Of a DNA stretch of 20,000 nucleotides, positions 10,648 through 20,000 are shown in pieces. The DNA is from Atractiella rhizophila. Its lineage: Eukaryota. Numbering within the stretch: the stretch's first letter is position 1; each line of letters opens with the position of its first letter. Below the pieces are notes generated by a model. The model had not been told where the DNA came from. It did not search any database and worked only from the letters and a program-made list of their open reading frames with translations. The position numbers and the translations under genes are program-made. The DNA lies in assembly GCA_021432655.1 (NCBI GenBank), contig MU271301.1:60870-80869 (forward strand), read 5' to 3'.

Positions 10648-13600
10648 ATGACTTCTTCTTCGCTCAGCTACAGCTCTTCAGAGTATCCTAGAGGGCTCCT
10701 AGACTCACGCCCAGACAGCACATTTATCCCCTCCAGCTCCCTCTTACGCTCTATAGAGTCGCCCGTCCCTGAACTCGAAGTTCAAGAGGTGTGTATCTCA
10801 CATTCCCGCTGTAAATATGGACTAAGCTGGGTTTTAGGTGACGGAATGGGGGGAGAAATTCTGGTCAGTCAATTTGGAAGCAGAAAGAACGAAATCGAAC
10901 GAGTTACAGGTGTCTGGTAGAGGACCCGATAACGAAGAATACATTCTACGCAAACCCCACAACGGGAGAGTGTAAATGGGATGCAGAGCCTGGTATGATG
11001 GTCGTACCTAGACCTCCAAATGGTGAATGGGTGAGTGTCTTTCATGTCTGACTAGCAAGATATTGAGGGAGCGCGTTGAAAGTGGGAATTACTTGGTGAG
11101 TTCTGCGCATAGCTCGCTCCGTGCAGCCATGACGGGGGTTCCGTCAGATGATCGCCGGCATTGCCTTTATTATTATAACTCGAAATCAGGTGCGTTTCAC
11201 CCCTCCTCGTGCTGTATTCGCTAAGATTGGATGTTCAGGCGAGACGAGTTGGCAGAAACCAAAAGGTGAAATCATGTATTGTTTTGATTGGTGGAATGCG
11301 CTCACCTTGAATCAGGACTTATAATACCGATGATTCAAATCCAACAGTCCGCCGGTGTGAAACGCTTCTCACAGACGCTCTTTTCCTCTTCCTTCGGGGG
11401 CCATGGGTCCCAGCCCTCACAAGACATACATTCTTCTGGCCATAGACCCGTACCGCCCCTAGATTCCCCTAGTCCAAGTGATGTGGAGATGCTAGCTTCC
11501 GTCCCCAACACGCCCAGTGGCTCAGAATTCCCAAGCGAAGGAACGAGCTCTCGATACCCATCTGGGACCCAAGCATTCACTAGACGGCGGCTCCACAACA
11601 ATTCCATTGGATCCTCATCCTTTTTCAGTACCGACGATCAGGATCATGGTGATGCAGTTATTGAACAGATTCAACCGTCTCGAATACCACCTCCGCCGTT
11701 ACCACGCAAATCATCCACACGATTTACCAGATACTCGATGCTCCAGAATCTCACAGCCATAAACGAAGAATCAGGCTTGCATTCACCTCCGCTGAGGGAC
11801 CCATCTCTCCCTTCTTCTCCAGCTTTGTCAAGTGCTGAACGAGATCCACTTCATAATCTCAGTATCCGTGACGCAATCGCGTCTCCCACCTCGGGTGTGT
11901 TGTTTAAGCTCTTGCTTTTTGTACTAATTCTCGGATAGAAATTTCATCTTGGTCACAGTCAACATCTGTCGTCCGTTCCAAACGATTAAGCACGGGTAAC
12001 CACCCGATCATGTCCTCTGACCTCCAAGCTGCAATCGCCGAGTTCAGGTTTGTTGATGCTGATGCATTCCAAATCTTGCGCTGACAAGGAGGCACAGTAT
12101 TGACGGATTTGCCAAACGATATTTTGCAAGCCGGAAACGTGGACTATTCCGACGGGAAGTACCTCTCGAAGAGCTGATGCGATTTCAAAAGAGTCCACTC
12201 TCTGCTCCGTTGCTCGTAATTAGGAAAGATAGAAGACAGGATGCTCTCGTATGCCATTTTCTTCCCACCAGACAGACAAGAGATTTATGGTGAATCATTT
12301 TAGAAAGCTTTTAAGTCGGTCCAAAGGGTGATGGGCGACCGCGATTCGCTCTGGAAAGGAAATTCGTCAAGTCCCCGGTCACCACGAGGACGTCCTTCCG
12401 ATGTCACTGCTTCCTCATCTGAAACCATCGATAGCGAAGCCGCAGAACCTTGGGAGGGGACAGTACTAGAGGAAGCCCGTTACCTGGTTGGTCTAGGAAT
12501 CGAACATCCAGAGCTTCGTTAGTATCTTCTCCATCAAACGAGACTAGCGTTAATGAGGTGACAGGTGATGAGCTGTATGCTCAACTGCAAAAACAGCTTT
12601 CAAGCAATCCGAGTTATCTATCGTCCTTCAGAGGCTGGCGTTTGCTATGCGTCTTCTTGTCAACTTTTGCTCCTTCCAAACAACTCGAGGGTTCGTTGCG
12701 CAGCTTCATTAACAGCTTCGCGACGGTCAAAGAGCTGCGAATCGACGTCGTCAGCCAATATTGCCTTCATCTCCTCAACTTGATTTCTGAACGTGGATCC
12801 CGAGGCAGGGTACCCTCGAATCAAGAAATGTCTGCCGTTCCCCACCATCTCATTATTAATCCTGATGTGTTTTTGATGGATGCAGTTCTTTTTCAAGTGA
12901 ATCTGCATTTTCTCCGAGCACCTTCGGAGAATCACTTGTCAGTTCTATGAAGATGCAGGAAGCTTATTATCCGAGCGCTCGCGTGCCCGTGATCCTCCCA
13001 TTTCTCGCAACAACCATCATTAATTTGGGAGGAATGACGGAAGAAGGCATCTTCCGGCATTCGCCCGACGCGGAGGCTCTTTTTCTTTGGCGTTTACGCA
13101 TCGATCGTGGGGACTACAGCTATCAGCCTGAATATGGCGATGTGCACGTAGCTTCCAGCTTGTTGAAGTTGTATCTGCGCGAGCTAAAAGACGTAAGCTG
13201 TCTCTTCTGACAAGCACCGAGGCTCATTGCTCCTCCAAGCCTTTGATCCCATCTCATTTGTATCAACGTTGTATCGATGCCTGCGATGACATTCCAAGAA
13301 TTGTGAAGTTAGTGCGGTAAGTAAAATTCTGCTGAGAGAGAAGGAGTTGACGTTCACGAACCTAGAAATCACTTTCCAGTCATAAACCAACGCGTCCTAG
13401 CCTTCATGACCAAGTGAGTCCACACACGGTCAGTAACAATGAACCTCTGAGACGATGCTTGTTTGGGACAGTTTCCTACAGTTGTTTTTAGAACCTCAAG
13501 TCGTCGCTGCCACGAGGTTAAATGCACAAAGTACGTTCATTGTCTTCTATTATGCTCTTCTCATCCTCCCCAGGCTTGGCCATGATCTTTGCCCCATCGT

Positions 13601-13761
13601 TCTTCCGAGTTCCCAATCAGACCACGCTGGCAGCGATATTTTCTAACATTCAACGTGAACAGCGGTTTTTGTTGAACTTGTTGGAGAAGTTGCGGCCCGC
13701 CGATTTGTCAGCCGACTTCCCTACCATTTCTTCCTCGTCTACGGGGACGCATCTTGAATAG
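10648..13761 (+). CDS. WW-WW / MyTH4 / RhoGAP protein (ARHGAP39/Vilse-like), multi-exon
   Basis: WW-like segments EDPITKNTFYANPTTGECKW and EWWELLDDRRHCLYYYNSKSGETSWQKP..IIP. MyTH4 motifs VMGDR, DELYAQLQKQL and RGWRLLCVFLSTFAPS. RhoGAP motifs FGESL, EEGIFR (arginine finger), ASSLLKLYLREL and LAMIFAP. Confidence 0.88.
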
Positions 13762-13886
13762 TTTATTGATACTCTTGGTTGCCTTTTTGGGATTAGCTTC
13801 ATAGGGCTTGTGCGAGTAAGTATACTACGATTTGTCTCAGTATTTGGCATAACGCATTGTATTTTATTCCATCAAGCCGTATATAT

Positions 13887-15771
<1,885 letters not shown>

Positions 15772-15916
15772 GTTTCGTTGTCCGTGATTGCTCAATCTTC
15801 TTTGGTAGAATCGCGTTCGCGGTTGTGGAAGCAAAACACGCACGTGACTTTGCGCTCTGCCTTCGCGTTTAGCCTGATTAGACTTATTACTCAGGCAGGG
15901 CTAGGAGCTAAAAACA

Positions 15917-17025
15917 ATGTCAATGGAGGATTTGATAAGGCGAGCGAGGGAGAGCATCTCTAGAACAAGGAACATTGGCATCCCCCAGCTAAGGAATTGT
16001 TCTGGACCATCCTCTTTACACACCGAGCTCACCCAATCATTGAGAAAGGAGTTGCAAGATGTCAGGGATCTTACTCAGGTGTGTTTCTTGCCTTTATACG
16101 CGTCTGGGTAAAGAATGTGTCGTTCTGTAGAGCATGGCATCCGTGGTGTCAGAATTGCCACCTAAAGAACAAAAGTCACGCTGGGATACCCTGTCAATCA
16201 TCGAGCAGGAGCTAGATGAGTGGGTGTCTTTCTCTGCAGTGCATCGATTCCCGGCTCACTGTTCAGGCAGGGTGAACAAGCAGATGCGCTCTGCTGCGTT
16301 GGCATCGAAGAGACGAATTGACTCTCAATCTGCGGCTGAGGCAAGAAACATTCTGTTTCATTCTAGCAAGGCGAAGCCAACAACAAGGTTCGTTTTTCAG
16401 TGCCTTTTGCGAGGGCCGCTATAATGTTTGAGATTACAGCTCGACAAACGATGATGCACTCATGTCCGCCACGTCAGAGGTCACAAATCGGCTTCAAGAA
16501 GCTGTGGCCTTGATGCAGCAAGAGCTTGATCGGTCCTTGCTTTCTACGCAGATGTTGGGTACAAAATGCCTCGCATGATATGCCATTTCTGACCACAGTG
16601 TTGTAGACCAATCCACATCCACGCTCCGTTTGACTGCCGAACAGCATTCAACGCTTTCCGGGTTGCTCAGTGCTTCAAAAGGACTTATCACCGATCTAGA
16701 AAGAGCTGATCTCTTAGACCGTTTTATCCTCATCGGTGGCCTTCTCCTCTTCCTGGCCTGTTGCGCCTACGTGTTCAACAAGCGCATTGTTCGCAAAGCA
16801 ATTGCTCCTTTTATTTCCGCCGAATCGGCGACGAAAACCCTCTCAGCCATTTCATCCATCGCCTCGTCCTCTTCGACCTTACTGGCAACCTCGTCCAGCC
16901 TCAGTCCAACACTCTCAAAACACTTAGAAAGCTCCGTAACTCAGGAACCTCCGCCGATTGCAACCGCTTCTATCGCTTCTGTCTTCTCTTCTGCAGACTC
17001 GCCAGGACAACATGTGGAGCTTTGA
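15917..17025 (+). CDS. SEC20: ER Qb-SNARE Sec20/BNIP1, multi-exon (start may be 15923)
   Basis: SNARE-like exons (DALMSATSEVTNRLQEAVALMQQELDRSLLSTQML|DQSTSTL...SKGLITDLERADLLDR), a TM helix FILIGGLLLFLACCAYVF followed by KRI, and a Ser/Thr-rich luminal tail ending HVEL (HDEL-like, as in yeast Sec20). Confidence 0.88.
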
Positions 17026-17115
17026 AAATGTTACTTTGACGTCCAAGCGTTCAAGTTCGTAGATCCACTAAGGAGTTCAAGTACTAGAAGACATACAACA
17101 CAATGACCTGGTTCA

Positions 17116-18048
<933 letters not shown>

Positions 18049-18259
18049 TTCGCTCCTCTCTCTAATATTATTCTGCTGGGTGTGTGCGGGCTTTGATTAC
18101 TTGCTTGGAGAGGAGAGACAAATATTAGTTAGGGTCAGGGTTAGAACTGACGAGTGAGAACTGGCTTTCAGACTTTCAGAAGGGTCAAAGTGCCTATTTG
18201 TTGAGGGTTGGCCAAGGGTGCATCTGCATGAAATTCGTGAGTGGAAACGGCGTCGCAAA

Positions 18260-18574
18260 ATGGGTGATGTGAATCCTGGTTCTTCGCTTGGTTCGCTGAA
18301 TGGCCCCAGCAATGCTCATCTCAGCCCCCATCCGCCAACCATTCCTCTGCCGTCTCTCCCTCCTGCGTACCAACGACAATCTTTACCGACAAGCAGAACG
18401 CCATCAAAGTCGCCAACACTCAAGGACCGCCATGCATCCACGCCTGTCGTATCAAAGCCAGTCTCTCCTCGTTTCAATCCGTCCAAGCCACCATCAATAC
18501 CGCTGCCTCCGCTTCCTCCTCCAACTGAAGGAGACGTCACAGGTCTCGGGATCACAATTCCCTTTCCATCCTGA
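18260..18574 (+). pseudogene. Truncated 5' copy of the Pro/Ser-rich gene that starts at 19170
   Basis: MGDVNPGSS...GITIPFP matches the intact copy except for one P->S change, then reads into the junction and stops (PS*). Confidence 0.8.
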
Positions 18575-18958
18575 AACGCTCCTGGCCTGCTGTGTCCCAC
18601 TATACATCGCAGATTCAATCTCACTCACAACCCGCGCACGATCCACAGGATGTACTCACAATTTGAAGCTTTATACGCTTTCCGTCTAGTTCGATCGTTC
18701 GCTAAATGCTGCCTATCAATAATGAACTCTCAACGCTCCCAGGGAGCGGACACACAATCTTGAAGTCAATTCCAATAGTCGTAATAAAGGAAGGAGTCCA
18801 AGCGTCGTCGCAGAATCGAAGAAGGAGACATGACTTGCCGACACCTGTTCACAACAATTGGTGGGAACAACGGGAGGCAGCAACCATGACTGACCGGAAT
18901 CGCCTATGAGAAGCAGTTTGATGAGCACGTCGTAAGCTGAAGAACCCTGTTTCGCCAT
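18552..18958 (-). pseudogene. Truncated 5' copy of SEC4 (exons 1-3 and part of exon 4)
   Basis: Same exons and splice sites as SEC4 up to [10 protein letters not shown], then junction-derived MEREL* (about 80 aa). It lacks NKxD, SAK and the terminal CC. Confidence 0.85.
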
Positions 18959-19169
18959 TTCGCTCCTCTCTCTAATATTATTGTGCTGGGTGTGTGCGGG
19001 CTTTGATTACTTGCTTGGAGAGGAGAGACAAATATTAGTTAGGGTCAGGGTTAGAACTGACGAGTGAGAACTGGCTTTCAGACTTTCAGAAGGGTCAAAG
19101 TGCCTATTTGTTGAGGGTTGGCCAAGGGTGCATCTGCATGAAATTCGTGAGTGGAAACGGCGTCGCAAA

Positions 19170-20000
19170 ATGGGTGATGTGAATCCTGGTTCTTCGCTTG
19201 GTTCGCTGAATGGCCCCAGCAATGCTCATCTCAGCCCCCATCCGCCAACCATTCCTCTGCCGTCTCTCCCTCCTGCGTACCAACGACAATCTTTACCGAC
19301 AAGCAGAACGCCATCAAAGTCGCCAACACTCAAGGACCGCCATGCATCCACGCCTGTCGTATCAAAGCCAGTCTCTCCTCGTTTCAATCCGTCCAAGCCA
19401 CCACCAATACCGCTGCCTCCGCTTCCTCCTCCAACTGAAGGAGACGTCACAGGCCTCGGGATCACAATTCCCTTTCCTCGGTCTCTGTCATCCTCTTCCC
19501 GAAACTCTACATTGTTCAGCCTTTCCAGGAACAAGTCGGTGTCAGGACCGCCTTCTGCCGTGAGCAAACCAACGCTCCAGAGGTCTCAAAGCATGTCCAG
19601 GACAGAGAGTCAAGGCAGTTCATTTTCTATTCCATCTATTCGGACAGAAGATAACCAATCTCGCCAATCTTTGGATTTCGAGGACATTCTGAACAAGTCT
19701 TTGCCCAAGCGGAGGAAATCTGTGCTAAAGGAAAAACCAAAGGAGAAAAGTGAGCAACAAGGCAGTAAAGCCAAGGGAAAGGGAAGAACAAGAACTCAAA
19801 CTATTATTGGAGAGGAGGAGGATTCAGAGCTAGACTTGGAAGCAAGTTTCGAAACATCTGCAGTAAGTCCTTCTATCTGTCTGCACTAACCAAGACTGAA
19901 CGTGCGCCAAGTATCGCGCTGGAGTGATGAAGACCAGTCTCGAGCCAGACTTACTAGATCGAGCCTTGAAGGTATGAAGCCTGTTGTGTTTTCCCGAACC
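19170..20000 (+). CDS. Unidentified protein with a Pro/Ser-rich, probably disordered N-terminus; partial, continues past the window
   Basis: Open frame of more than 230 codons from AAAATGG at 19170, divergent from the SEC4 promoter. A GTAAGT donor lies at about 19863. No recognisable domain in the visible part. Confidence 0.7.

Noticed and set aside
18494..18615. RIP-like or methylation-driven mutation of the duplicate (three C->T changes in the truncated inner copies)
   Set aside because: Only three events, all in CpC context rather than CpA, CpG or TCG. No statistical basis.

Overview
Gene-dense fungal nuclear DNA, probably basidiomycete (inferred from the many ~45-60 nt introns and the protein families). 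I reconstructed gene models by hand from GT/GC..AG boundaries. In order: class IV chitin synthase (-, runs off the left edge), a small twin-CX9C CMC2 gene hidden from the ORF track (+), GET2/CAML-like receptor (-) head-to-head with GET3 ATPase (+), saccharopine-dehydrogenase-like oxidoreductase (-), ATP synthase gamma ATP3 (-), WW-MyTH4-RhoGAP (ARHGAP39-like, +), CHK1 kinase (-), SEC20 (+), SEC4/Rab8 (-), and an unidentified Pro/Ser-rich gene (+, runs off the right edge). Four things stand out. (1) GET2 and GET3, receptor and ATPase of one pathway, share a 105-bp divergent spacer. (2) ATP3 has a 433-nt first intron, about 8x the local norm, with sense-strand hairpins and H/ACA-like boxes, a candidate intronic ncRNA. 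(3) A recent 910-bp tandem duplication copies the SEC4 bidirectional promoter and creates two convergent truncated gene copies. (4) About 130 bp of an ATP3 exon is smeared into homopolymers, almost certainly a sequencing artefact. I saw no transposons, tRNA, rRNA or CRISPR.
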